Assembly (NCBI GenBank): GCA_964016885.1
Contig: OZ024748.1
Coordinates: forward strand, 45,074,001 to 45,138,000
Direction of reading: 5' to 3'
Source of the DNA: Eledone cirrhosa
Taxonomy: Eukaryota
DNA: 64,000 bases
Shown: piece by piece, positions 1 through 12,810 of the stretch
How the letters are laid out: each line of letters opens with the position of its first letter
How positions within the stretch are numbered: the stretch's first letter is position 1
Position numbers and translations under genes: made by a program
Notes under the pieces: model-generated
Told to the model about the DNA's origin: nothing
What the model saw: the letters and a program-made list of their open reading frames with translations, nothing else
The model's database searches: none

Positions 1-74
1 ATCCGTAGTGGTAGAGCACTCAGTCCATGGGACGAGTTAGGTAGAAGTAGTAACACAACAGTTAGTTCACCATA

Positions 75-114
75 CCGAGGACAATCGTTTCACCTTATAC
101 GGATCTTCAGCTCG
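75..114 (-). ncRNA. Type I hammerhead ribozyme (minimal)
   Basis: revcomp CGAG-CTGAAGA-TCC gtataa GGT-GAAA-C gatt GTC-CTCG; GUC cleavage triplet. Confidence 0.7.
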
Positions 115-121
115 TATTGGT

Positions 122-162
122 CCGAGCTGAAGATCCGCATAAGGTGAAACGATTGTTCTCGG
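122..162 (+). ncRNA. Type I hammerhead ribozyme (minimal)
   Basis: CCGAG-CTGAAGA-TCC gcataa GGT-GAAA-C gatt GTT-CTCGG. Confidence 0.7.
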
Positions 163-255
163 TATGCTGAACTAACTGTTGTGTTACTACTTCTATATAT
201 ATATATATATATATGAAAGACGTAAAATAAGAAAACTATAAAAATTAACTTACTT

Positions 256-296
<41 letters not shown>

Positions 297-359
297 GAAC
301 AAAAAAACAAAAAAAAACAAAATAAAAACAAAGGGGAGGCACAAAAACAAAGAAAAGAA

Positions 360-618
360 TCCCCAGTCACTGAAGAGGTCACAGAATGTGTGACGAAAGA
401 GCTTTGACAATATATAAACAACCATCTGGTTGTGGAACCAACCAACCAACCGGAAATTTATAAATTACTAAATTTATAAATTTATTATAATAAATTGAAG
501 TGAAGGCAACTGGTGCGTGTGTTTCTTATTGGCAACATGACCCTCCCAAAGTATAACAATATCGGTTTCAACACACGTTTTCAGATAAAGAATCTTGCTA
601 AACAAATTCAGAAACTAA

Positions 619-620
<2 letters not shown>
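360..620 (+). mobile_element. Penelope-derived non-autonomous element (family A)
   Basis: Fragments recur at 8260-8395, 26085-26180, 36243-36382 and 47393-47685, next to (TA)n; shares HHR and ATGACCCTCCC motif with the GIY-YIG fragment at 7472-8162. Confidence 0.7.
366..408 (+). ncRNA. Hammerhead-like motif, variant with extra nt after A9
   Basis: GTCA-CTGAAGA-G-GTCAC agaatgt GTGAC-GAAA-gagcttt-GAC; stems I and III weak. Confidence 0.5.
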
Positions 621-667
<47 letters not shown>

Positions 668-679
668 CAATAATTACGA

Positions 680-779
680 GGTGAGTATCCGCTAAGGTGA
701 AACAATTGTTCTCGGTATGGTGAACTAACTGTTGTGTAACCACTTCTACCTAACTCGTCCGATGGACTAATTGCTCTAC

Positions 780-783
<4 letters not shown>
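680..783 (+). mobile_element. Family B fragment (3' half of HHR plus tail)
   Basis: Matches 135-195 and revcomp of 6-60; flanked by (TA)n. Confidence 0.7.
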
Positions 784-850
<67 letters not shown>

Positions 851-854
<4 letters not shown>

Positions 855-1645
855 TTGAAATATTAACAAAATAGATATTCTTGTGATCAATTAAATTTTA
901 TTATACATATTTCAGAGGTACTGAATCAAGTTCTACAGTACGTCCTCATCAGATAAAATAAAATGATACATGACATACCCTGACATGTTAGATGGTTAAG
1001 ATTTAATCAAGGTAGTGATTAACTTATGAGAAAACTCAATATTTATACCCTAATATTGAGAACATGCGAAAACGTAATAGAATCAATAGAGAGAGTGTGA
1101 GTAAGAAAAACATTGCCTTAATGCAACAGTTATAGAGTTTTTTAAATTTGAAATACTACTATAGGACTATAGAGTAAGACGTATCTGGAGTTATAATTTA
1201 TTTAGTATTTAGCTTGAGAAGACAACTGACAGATAATTAAAGAGAGGGAGAGACAAAGGGGAGTAATTTATGCTCAAATTTTCTTTAGACACACATAAAC
1301 ATATATAGCTTTGGCGGTTAAATTTCAAAATATTTAATTTATGTTATTTTAGGGTAAAGAATCAAAATTTTAGATTTTAAAAGTTGATGGTTATTTGTAT
1401 TAATTTTATAATATAATTGTGTTAAATTTCTAAAATTCAAAGTTTTATGAAAACAAATTTAAAGGATTTACGACGCCCGCGGGAAAAAAAAAAAAAAAAA
1501 AAAAAAAATTGATCACAAGAATATCTATTTTGTTCATATTTGAATTAATATTAATAATTCTTGAAAATATCCGCTGTAGAGTGCTTCCAATCTACTGTAA
1601 ATCTCATTCTTTGATGTACTCATTGAATCTTGTTTAACTCTTTAA
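851..1645 (-). mobile_element. HHR-bearing element (family C) with partial inverted ends
   Basis: 851-892 is inverted at ~1508-1551; related to 63850-64000; bounded by (TA)n. Confidence 0.6.
895..959 (-). ncRNA. Type I hammerhead ribozyme
   Basis: revcomp ATTTTAT-CTGATGA-GGAcGTACTG..CAGTACcTCT-GAAA-TATGTA-TA-ATAAAAT. Confidence 0.8.
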
Positions 1646-1668
1646 TATATATATATATATATATATAT

Positions 1669-2075
<407 letters not shown>

Positions 2076-2375
2076 AGAATAGAAATGGCTGTGTAGTTGC
2101 TATTTAAGGTAACTTAAAATGCAGTGGGAATACGAAGAAAGCAAGAACGGGTGAGGTGGGGTGGGGTGGTGGGGGGTGGAGTTTTCCTCATCATATGAAA
2201 ATATGCCGACTTATAAAACAAAACTGATACCCGCTCCAACAAACAAAATATGTACACATCAACATATGCCAATCTATGAAATAAAGGTGACACCCATCAA
2301 AAGACAGAGTCAGATTAAAACAACTAGAGATCCTGTGTTGCAGAAAATTTGAGCATCTGCTGGCAAGGAACTTAA

Positions 2376-2560
2376 CTGTTTCTACTTTTGGCACAAGGCC
2401 AGCAATTATCCCATGTGTATTACTGGTGCTTTATTTTATCGACCCCCGTAAGGATGAAAGGCAAAGTTAACCTCGGCGGGATTTGAACTCAGACCATAAA
2501 GGGACGTAACTCTTTGCTGCAAAGCATGGCGTCCAACCCTCTACCGATACTGCCAATCCA
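2376..2560 (-). mobile_element. Nin-core SINE
   Basis: Same family as 1669-1855 and 51489-52050. Confidence 0.85.
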
Positions 2561-3171
2561 ATGGAAATTAGAAAATACATCAATGTAAACCTAGACAGAG
2601 AACAATGTGAAGATTACGGCATCGACCGACGCCGACATCTCAAATAAGCTGACATTCAAGGAAAGATAAATGTATTTGATAATATTGGTTTCTGAATTAG
2701 GAAAAAGGCCAGCAATTTTAGAGGCGAGGGAAAAGTCGATTAAATCCACCACAAGCGTTAAACTAATATATTTCTTCATTGTACTGTGGGGCGTTTGCTT
2801 TGTTATTTCTGATTAATTTTTACAGACACACGCAGGCACACACACAGACACACACACAGACACAGGCACACGCACACACACACACACTGACACACACACA
2901 CATACACACACACACACACACACACAGACACACGCAAACACACAGACACAGACACACAGACAGAGACATACAGACAGACACACACACAGACACACAGACA
3001 GACACACACACAGACACACACACAGGCACAGACAGATACACACACACACACACATACACACACGTGTGTGTACATACGAACACAGAACTAGTGAGGAGAA
3101 AAACAATTGTAAATGGAAAACTAACAAAAACTACGCTTGACAGCTAGATATAATAAATGTATGTGTGTGTG

Positions 3172-3207
<36 letters not shown>

Positions 3208-3265
3208 GGTGTATATATGTGTGTGTGTGTATATATATATATATACATACATTTATATATATATG

Positions 3266-3351
<86 letters not shown>

Positions 3352-3426
3352 CGTATATATGTATATATATAAACATATACATATATATATAAACATATAC
3401 ATATATATATAAACGTATATATATAA

Positions 3427-3482
<56 letters not shown>

Positions 3483-3581
3483 ATGTGTGTGTGTATGTAT
3501 ACACACATACACGCATATATATATATATATATATATGGATATATGGCGCATGTCTCTCAGACATGACACATTTAATTTTGG

Positions 3582-3705
<124 letters not shown>

Positions 3706-3977
3706 TATTATATATAGCCACCCACGTGTATACGTCTATATGTATTGATATGCCAGTCTGTCTATATACAGTGTCAATGACATTAATTACTAGCGAGGCT
3801 TTTAACATCTACCGGCAGCCATTTTGATAAATGACAACTATGACTTTAATGTCGGCCATTAATTTTTACTGTTCTTACCACATGGTTACATGGCTACATG
3901 GCTTTATAGCTTTATAGCCACTAGCCACTCATCTATCGATACCACCGCCACCATGTTTGTTATTGTTGCTATTATAG

Positions 3978-4338
3978 TTCTTCTTCTTCTTCTTCTTCTT
4001 CTTCTTCTTCTTCTTCTTCTTCTTCTCTTCCTCCTTCTTCTTCTTCTTCTTCTTCTTCTTCTTCTTCTTCTTCTTCTTCTTCTTCTTCTTCTTCTTCTTC
4101 TCCTCCTCCTCCTCCTCCTCCTCCTCCTTCTTCTTCTTCTTCTTCTTCTTCTCCTTCTCCTCCTCCTCCTCCTCCTCCTCCTTCTTCTTCTTCTTCTTCT
4201 TATTCTTCTCCTCCTCCTCCTCCTCCTCCTCCTTCTTCTTCTTCTTCTTCTTCTTCTTCTTCTTCTTCTTCTTCTTCTTCTTCTTCTTCTTCTTCTTCTT
4301 CTTCTTCTTCTTCTTCTTCTTCTTCTTCTTCTTCTTCT
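3978..4338. repeat. (CTT)n/(CCT)n microsatellite
   Basis: Direct reading. Confidence 0.95.
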
Positions 4339-4397
4339 GTACTTGTTGGCATATGCATTAGTATTAGTAGTCATAGTATTATTATTAAGAGTTCTGA

Positions 4398-6700
4398 TAT
4401 TGGTGTTGTTGTTGTTGTTGGTGATGGTGGTGGTAGTTGTATTGGTGATGGTGGTGGTAGTAGTGTTGGTGGTGGTGGTGGTGGTATTGGTGATGGTGGT
4501 GGTGGTGGTATTGGTGGTGATGGTGGTGGTATTGGTGATGGTGGTGGTGGTGGTATTGGTGGTGGTGGTGTGGTATTGGTGATGGTGGTGGTGGTGGTAT
4601 TGGTGGTGGTGGTGGTGGTAGTGCTGCTGGTGGTGGTGGTAGTATTGGTGATAGTGGTGGTAGTTGTATTGGTGATGGTGGTGGTGGTAGTGCTGGTGGT
4701 GGTGGTGGTAGTATTGGTGATGGTGGTGGTAGTTGTATTGGTGATGGTGGTGGTGGTAGTGCTGGTGGTGGTGGCGGTGGTAGTATTGGTGATAGTGGTG
4801 GTAGTTGTATTGGTGGTGGTGGTGGTAGTAGTATTGGTGATGGTGGCAGTGGTAGTATTGGTGTTGGTGGTGATAGTTGTATTGGTGATGGTGGTGGTAG
4901 TAGTGTTGGTGATGGTGGTGGTGGTGGTAGTATTGGTGATGGTGGTGGTGTTAGTATTGGTGGTGGTGGTGGTAGTATTGGTGATGGTGGTGGTAGTTGT
5001 ATTGGTGATGATGGTGGTAGTAGTATTGGTGATGGTGGTGGTAGTATTGGTGATGGTGGTGGTGGTAGTATTGGTGATGGTGGTGGTGGTTGTATGTGTG
5101 ATAGAGCTGGTAGTAGTGTTGGTGGTGGTGATAGTATTGGTGATGGTGGTGGTGGTAGTATTGGTGGTGGTGGTGGTAATATTGTTGATGGTGGTGGTGA
5201 TAGTATTGGTGATGGTGGTGGTGGTTGTGGTGGTAGTATTGATGGTGGTGGTGGTAGTATTGTCGATGGTAGTGGTGATGGTAGTGGCAGTAGTATTGGT
5301 GTTGTTGTTGGCAGGGCCGTCTTAACGCATGGGCACGCTGGGCAATTGCTCGGGTGCCCCACGAGGATCGGGGGGGGTGGGGGGGCATTTCTATTTTTAT
5401 TTCTGGGAGTGGTTGTGTAGGTAGGGGCCCCAGTGCTCCGCTTTGGCCGGGGGGGTGTGCTATAATGCTGTTAAGACGGCCCTGGTTGGTGGTGGTAGTG
5501 GTGGTGGTAGTATTGGTGATTTTAGTGGCGGTAGTATTGGTGGTGGTGATGGTGGTAGTAATATTGGTGGTGATGGTATTGGTAGTAGTGGTGGTAGTAT
5601 TGGTGTTGGTGGTGGTGGTAGTATTGGTGATGGTGGTAGTAATATTGGTGGTGATGATATTGGTGGTAGTGGTGGTAGTATTGGTGATGGTAGTGGTCGT
5701 AGTATTGGTGATGGTAGTGGTGGTAGTATTGGTGGTGGTGGTGGTAGTGGTGGTAGTATTGGTGGTAGTGGTGGTGTTAGTAATATTGGTGTTGATGGTA
5801 TTGGTAGTAGTGGTGGTAGTATTGGTGGTAGTGGTGGTAGTATTGGTGATGGTAGTGGTGGTAGTATTGGTGGTGGTGGGGGTGTTAGTAATATTGGTGG
5901 TGATGGTATTGGTGGTAGTGGTGGTAGTATTAGTGATGGTAGTGGTGGTAGTATTGGTGATGGTAGTGGTGGTAGTATTGGTGGTGGTGGTGGTAGTGGT
6001 GGTAGTATTGGTGGTAGTGGTGGTGTTAGTAATATTGGTGGTGATGGTATTGGTGGTAGTGGTGGTAGTATTGGTGGTGGTGGTGGTGTTAGTAATATTG
6101 GGGGTGATGGTATTGGTGGTAGTGGTGGTAGTATTGGTGGTGGTGGTGGTAGTATTGGTGGTGGTGGTATTGGTGGTAGTGGTGGTAGTATTGGTGGTGG
6201 TGGTGGTAGTATTGGTGGTGGTGGTGGTGTTAGTAATATTGGTGGTGATGGTATTGGTGGTAGTGGTAGTGATGGTAGTGGTGGTAGTATTGGTGATGGT
6301 AGTGGTGGTAGTATTGGTGGTGCTGGTGGTGTTAGTAATATTGGTGGTGGTGGTATTGGTGGTAGTGGTGGTAGTATTGGTGGTGGTGGTGTTGGTAGTA
6401 ATATTGGTGGTGATGGTATTGGTGGTAGTGGTGATAGTATTGGTGTTGGTGGTGGTGTTAGTAATATTGGTGGTGATGGTATTGGTGGTAGTGGTGGTAA
6501 TATTGGTGGTAGTGGTGATAGTATTGGTGGTAGTGGTGGTGTTAGTAATATTGGTGGTGATTGTATTGGTGGTAGTTCTGGTAATATTGGTGGTAGTGGT
6601 GGTAGTATTGGTGGTGGTGGTAATAATATTGGTGGTGATGGTATTGGTGGTAGTGGTGGTAGTATAGGTGGTAGTGGTGGTAGTATTGGTGTTGGTGTTT
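4398..6700. repeat. Degenerate (GGT)n-based minisatellite/low-complexity tract
   Basis: GGT/AGT/ATT triplet units, interrupted by a MITE. Confidence 0.9.
5312..5484. mobile_element. hAT-type MITE
   Basis: 15-bp TIR CAGGGCCGTCTTAAC/GTTAAGACGGCCCTG; 8-bp TSD gttgttgg/gttggtgg (1 mismatch). Confidence 0.85.
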
Positions 6701-6834
6701 CTTAGTAATTCTATAGCAATCGGTTCCTCGTGGTAGTGACACGTCGTCTACTACCATCCCCTGTCGTATTCATATTTCTGGCGAGAAAATAGATTAGGTA
6801 GTAACAAACAATCAAAAATAGAAACGTAATAACA

Positions 6835-6903
6835 AAGAAGAAGAAGAAGAAGAAGAAGAAGAAGAAGAAGAAGAAGAAGAAGAAGAAGAAGAAGAAGAAG
6901 AAG

Positions 6904-6936
<33 letters not shown>

Positions 6937-7103
6937 AGTAACAACAATAACATAGATAACAACAATAACTACTACAACAACAACAGTAACAGCAACAAAA
7001 ACAACAACAACAACAACAGCAACAATAGTAACGGCAACAACAACAACAACAACAACAACAGCAACAACAGCAACAATGGCAAGACACCAACAACACCAAC
7101 ATC

Positions 7104-7160
<57 letters not shown>

Positions 7161-7187
7161 AGCAATAACACCAACAACACCACCACC

Positions 7188-7219
<32 letters not shown>

Positions 7220-7335
7220 CACCAACAACAACAGCAACAACAACAACAATAATAGTAACAACAACAACAATGGCAACAACAACAGCAACAACAACAATAG
7301 TAACAACAATAAGACAGACAACAATAACAACAATG
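6835..7335. repeat. (GAA)n plus degenerate (CAA)n
   Basis: Direct reading. Confidence 0.9.
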
Positions 7336-7471
7336 CTATCCAAATAAAATGAGAACAGTGACTTAAACAGCAGTGAAATAAATAAAAAGTTTATACAAAT
7401 TTAACTAGGTTATAAGTATATATCTATATATATATATATATGCCGTACTATATATATGCCATACTATATAT

Positions 7472-7669
7472 TCAGTAGTATACGAACATGCCAGACAACA
7501 ATATGACGGTAACATAGACAACATAGAAATTAGAATAATATCTAAACATAGAAATGACTCAGCAGATAGGCAAATCAGAGAGGCCAGTGAAATAGAACTT
7601 AGAAGGCCAAAGCTAAACCAAAAAATGAATGGATTAACAACAACACCCAAACAAACAACACTGACCTAA
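7472..7669 (+). pseudogene. C-terminal GIY-YIG endonuclease fragment of a Penelope-like element
   Basis: Manual translation SVVYEHARQQYDGNIDNIEIRIISKHRNDSADRQIREASEIELRRPKLNQK; the H..RQI.EA..I....P.LN pattern matches the PLE endonuclease end; followed by an HHR-bearing 3' region to ~8162. Confidence 0.7.
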
Positions 7670-7934
7670 GAGAAGTATAAATAAATAAATAAATAGATAA
7701 ATAAATACATACACAAGCACAATAACAACAAACACACATAAACACACACTAGTAAAGATAGAATACATTAACCAATACAGTCACCCAAACACGAACACAC
7801 ATCAAACAAAACACTATACACACACGCAAATGCATGCACAAAGAAGACAAAAACAAACAAACAAATAAATAAATATATAAACAGACTAAATAAAGATGGC
7901 GTAGACATACAATGCAACGGGAGGAAACAATAGC

Positions 7935-7978
7935 ACCACTGACGACGTTGCAGATGTGCAACGAAAGAACTTTGATAG
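7935..7978 (+). ncRNA. Hammerhead-like motif (extra nt after A9)
   Basis: CA-CTGACGA-C-GTTGCA gatg TGCAAC-GAAA-gaacttt-GA; stem II covaries with 366-408. Confidence 0.55.
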
Positions 7979-8159
7979 ACTATATATATGTGTTTGTGTC
8001 TATATTGTATCTGTATTTTTGACCGTTGGTCAGTCAATGGCAACATTGAGGACCGAATAAATTAAATTAACCGATATAAAAGACACAGAAGCGAAAACCA
8101 ACCAAACAGTGAGTGTGTTCTGTTAATAATTCTGGCAATATTACACAAATATGACCCTC

Positions 8160-8211
<52 letters not shown>

Positions 8212-8451
8212 GAGGGTCATATATATATGTATATATATGTATATATATATATATATATATTGTTATACTTTGGGAAGGTCATGTTGCCAATAAGAAACAC
8301 ACGCACCAGTTGCTTTCACTCCAATGTATAACAATATCGGTTTCAACACACGTTTTCAGATAAAGTATCTTGCTAAACAAATAATTCAGAAACGATATAT
8401 ATATATATCAATGATATTAATAAATGGAAACTATCTTTATAAAACCATATT

Positions 8452-8512
8452 TATTTTATTATATATATTTCAAGGGTGCCAACATTTTGGTACGCCCTCA
8501 TCAGATAAAATA
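8452..8512 (-). ncRNA. Type I hammerhead ribozyme (family D)
   Basis: revcomp TATTTTAT-CTGATGA-GGGcGTaCCAA aatg TTGGcACCCTT-GAAA-TATATA-TA-ATAAAATA. Confidence 0.85.
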
Positions 8513-8599
8513 CAAAAGTTGTTTTATAAATAGTGACATATCAAAAAAATAAGAACTTATTCTTATCGTTTTAAGTTTTGTTTGAATATCTTACTGGTT

Positions 8600-8664
<65 letters not shown>

Positions 8665-8675
<11 letters not shown>

Positions 8676-9300
8676 TGTAGTTTCTGTCTCTTTGTTTGTT
8701 TGTTCACGAACTCCTCCAATGGTTTTGGAGATAGACACCCCCCCCCCCCCATAACCATATATATTCTGAAACTACATTGCCTAGGGTACTTGGATAAGTA
8801 TATTTCATTTTAATCAAAGGGTTGCCCGGGGGCACAAAGCCCCGCTGAAAATCTTTTCCCTTCGATGTATATGAAATTTAAACCATAGGTAAATGACAAG
8901 ATATGATGCCTATTCACAAAATTTCAGCAAATTTCAATAATATTAAGACACCCTAATAGGGGTTAAACCCAGTATAGTGAACATTTTGGAAGCCATAACT
9001 TGAGTATTGGAACCTCAATTATCATGGGGTTTTTCTATTAATCAAACGTAAATCAACAAAAAGAAGCACCTCTCTTTTATAGTAAAATTTGACTAATTTA
9101 GACATTTTATCTATGTCAAAAGATCACTAGAATTATGACAACAAAAATTATTAGTTAATGCCTCTACTTTTTTAACATTTTCCCTTTATTTTCTTCTCCA
9201 GAAATTATATCACTGATTTAAAATCAATCATCATTTTCTTACAAAAAAAAAAAATCTGTGAAACGCAGCAAAGCGCGGCCAAACATTTAGCAGTTTCTAG
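8665..9300 (+). mobile_element. Non-autonomous Helitron-like element
   Basis: 5' TATATAAAG..(TTTG)n; 3' CGCAGCAAAGCGCGG hairpin then CTAG. Confidence 0.5.
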
Positions 9301-9374
9301 AAACTGCTAAATGTTTGGCCGCCTTCGTGTCTCTCTGCCTTTTCAGTCCCATGTATTCCTTTGTTAAATTTTGA

Positions 9375-9432
9375 ATACCTGATGATGTCACCGGATTCAT
9401 ACTGAACCCGGTCATTGAAATGTTCATAGTAT
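9375..9432 (+). ncRNA. Type I hammerhead ribozyme
   Basis: ATAC-CTGATGA-TGtcACCGG..CCGGTCATT-GAAA-TGTTCA-TA-GTAT; element runs on to (TA)n at ~9560. Confidence 0.75.
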
Positions 9433-9558
9433 AATAAACCTTTAAAAAATAACACCAATCCAGCCTCCTGTTATTTTATAATAATTAACTCCGTACTCGC
9501 ACCACCAACAACGAAGGCGGGTCAGTTGCATTACGTCGAGTGCTCTCCCTAATATTAC

Positions 9559-9608
<50 letters not shown>

Positions 9609-9743
9609 TAAAAGGAAAAGAAAATGCTGACAAATTGTTCCCAGTGAAAAATAGTTTAATTAGGAATAAGTAAAAATTAGTAATAAGTATCGGTTAGTAT
9701 CAGTTTTAGTTTTAAGTTTTTACCGGTTGCGCATGTCTAATGC

Positions 9744-10025
9744 TTTTTGGTAAATATCATCTTGGTTAAGAGAGTGGGCCTTTGCTCACTATAAAAGCTT
9801 CACGGCACAGGCATTGCTTTATATCTGGAGATCTCTCTGCACTTGTCGTCACATGGTACCATGGGCCCAGCACTATATGTCAATAATTGTCACAAGTGTA
9901 GTGTTTGTACCAGAGTTTTCAAGTCGCTGGCTGGACTAAAAAGTCACACTTGTTCAGTGCATCGGTAGGGGTTCTCCTACATGGATATAAAGTAGTGGCC
10001 GTACTCGAAAACGAGTTGGCAGCCA

Positions 10026-10029
<4 letters not shown>
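9744..10029 (+). mobile_element. 3' fragment of ~600-bp RTE-derived element
   Basis: Reverse complement of 12811-13100. Confidence 0.8.
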
Positions 10030-10073
<44 letters not shown>

Positions 10074-10075
<2 letters not shown>

Positions 10076-10572
10076 AAATATGGAGAAAAATACTGCAGGT
10101 AGCGCATGGATAACATGTAATAAAATGAGTCCCTCATCAGTGATTTGCCGACGATCATAGATATTTCATTGCATTAAAAATCATATACCTCACGTCGGTG
10201 CAATAATAACTAAAATAAGTTATTAGGACAATTAAAACGCGTAAAGCGAGTGAGACAGGAGAACAACAAAGAGTATAGCTATCCGTAGGGGAATGAAACA
10301 AGCTTCATAATTATTCTGTTTAGCATAAGCTAGGTGAATATATGAGCGCTTTAGAAAAAAGACCTTACACGAACGATGGCCATGTGAGAAAAGAGAAAAA
10401 TAGCCTTCGTGGTGTACAGGATGAAATGAAGAGAGGAGAAACAGTGAGTGAGTGAAAGTGTGAGGAAGAGTTAACTGACATGACAGAGGGGGCGACAGAA
10501 GGTAGGAGAAACAGAGAGAATGGGGGAGCAGTAAGAGAGAGAGAGAGAGAGAAAAACACAGAATCGCAGTTT

Positions 10573-10580
<8 letters not shown>
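10074..10580 (-). mobile_element. ~500-bp (TA)n-flanked non-autonomous element (family E)
   Basis: Homologous to 62492-62985, 62994-63248 and (diverged, opposite strand) 46230-46760. Confidence 0.7.
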
Positions 10581-10639
<59 letters not shown>

Positions 10640-10651
<12 letters not shown>

Positions 10652-10926
10652 ATGAAAATGTATGTCTGTCTGTGTGTGTGTGTGTCTGTTCCGCAGCAAC
10701 TTTTGATCTGCAAGGTCGATTTTCAAACTTTTTTTTGTAATCAACCATAAAGTTATCAGGGCAGGTCGACATGACATTGCGAATGATTGACTCACCTTTT
10801 GCCCAGGTAAAAAATTGATAAAACTGACTATAAAATAAATCTTTATATCTATAAAAATGAAAAAGAAAGAGTGAGAGTGAATTAAACAGACAGACTAAAA
10901 GAGGGGGATAGCGAGAGAGAGAGAGA

Positions 10927-10957
<31 letters not shown>

Positions 10958-11944
10958 CGACAGACGCTGTGTTTGATACATGACAGTGGAAGAGGGGAAG
11001 GGATGCTATAACTAATTAACATGTGTGCGTGTGTGTGCGCGTGCGCGTGTGTGTGTGTTCGTGCAGCGTTCCAGTAAGAGTTAAATCTATTAAGCGAGGA
11101 TAATACGTCGTTATGTGGACCGAGAAGAACAATTTCAAGCAAAGACAAGACCAAGTTTACGGTATAAATGGAGTCGTTAGACTAATATTCTATTTAAAAT
11201 AACCGAATGATTTCCAGCCCCGGAGTTTAAGAATGATGTAAATAAAATTGTAAACGAAAATGACAGAGGTTATTAAAATAGTTGTTTCTACTTTTGGCAC
11301 AAGGCCACGAATCACCCAGTACATTACTGGTACTCTATTTTATCGACCCCGTATGGATGAAAGGCAAAGTTAACCTCGACGGGATTTTAACTTTGCCTTA
11401 AAACAGCAAAAGTAAATAGTGAAGATTTAGGCCAGTACATACGTATGCGCCGACGGACATACACATACATATACATACGCACGCACACACACAAACGCGC
11501 GCGCACGTGTGTGTAAACCTTATGCATTTCTACAGTATTTTCACCAAACTTAAGACATAGGACACTTATGTACTCCGGATGGTCATGGGCACTTTCATTT
11601 TTCCAGATATTGATTATAGGGCCTCCCGGCAGATAATCCCCTTTAACCACTTCCTTGGAGTCGACTGAAGCACTGCAGTTCAATGCAACAAAACGTCATA
11701 ACTTCTGGAGTTCGCAACCGATTTTCACAAAACTTGACACATGGGCTACGTTTGTTCTACAGATGAATGTAAACTCTCAGAATTAGCACATATTGAGTAG
11801 GGGACCCTTGGGGGCAGGCACCCCCTTTTGGAAAAAGCCGATGATTTTGTAAAAGTATAGTTTTCGAAGCAGCACTGAAGTATTGACATAAATGGTATAC
11901 ACAACTGCTATTTAATACCCGAGCAACGCCGGGTACCTCTGCTA

Positions 11945-11945
<1 letters not shown>
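10640..11945 (+). mobile_element. Helitron-like element with nested repeats
   Basis: 3' end ACCCG AGCAACGC CGGGT acctctg CTAG|T; 5' end TATAAATAAAATG..(TCTG/TG)n; 5' boundary uncertain. Confidence 0.55.
11281..11388 (-). mobile_element. Partial Nin-core SINE
   Basis: Core sequence match. Confidence 0.75.
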
Positions 11946-11990
<45 letters not shown>

Positions 11991-12810
11991 CACCAGTCAT
12001 TGTGTCTAATTATATACCTGACCCAATCCAAATAAAATTACTAAACTCAATATTTTAAATGACTTAACCTCGTCTCTAAAATGCAGAAAAACTTTCTTCG
12101 AATTTCCCTTAAGGGCCGAATCTTTCCTTGACCTTTGTTTATTCAACAGCAAACAAATGATGACGTCACCTCTGACGTCACCAGCAACCTTTCATCCATT
12201 GTGTACCAACACAACTTTTATATCTTCTATAAGATCCACCTAGCAACCAATGTAGGCCACTTAGTACACAGATATTTCACAGAGTTTTGAGGTTTTAAAG
12301 GTTATTCACCGTGCACACCCGGACACAATTACTTACACACGAACCACACATACTCACACACTCACATGCACTCACACACACTCACACACTCACACACACT
12401 CACACACTCTCACAAATATTCACACACAATCACACACTCACACACGCTCACACACTCACAGATACTCATACACTCACATACAGTCGCACACACTCACACA
12501 CTTTCACAGATACTCACACACAATCACACACTCACAGATACTCATACACTCACATACACTCACGCACTCAGCACTCTCACACACAATACTTTCTCACTGT
12601 CTACCTTATGTTCATACATAGATACATACATACCTATATACATACATACATATAATCATATATACATATCTATATCCATCCATATATACGTAATACATAC
12701 ATACCTATATATATACGTACCTATATATACACACACACACACACACACACATACATACATACATACATACATACATACATACATACATACATACATACAT
12801 ACATACATAC

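Larger units (their letters stand above)
1..195. mobile_element. Palindromic HHR-bearing mini-element (family B), ends in (TA)n
   Basis: Inverted arms ~42-114 / 123-195 with few mismatches; another copy of one arm at 680-783. Confidence 0.8.

Noticed and set aside
5443-6705. 420-aa Gly-rich ORF (and overlapping poly-Val/Pro ORFs from 4385) as a structural protein
   Set aside because: Degenerate (GGT)n tract open in several frames, start lies inside a MITE, no signal peptide or codon diversity
6720-6790. Terminal exon KYEYDRGW* on minus strand
   Set aside because: Too short, no upstream partner exon identifiable
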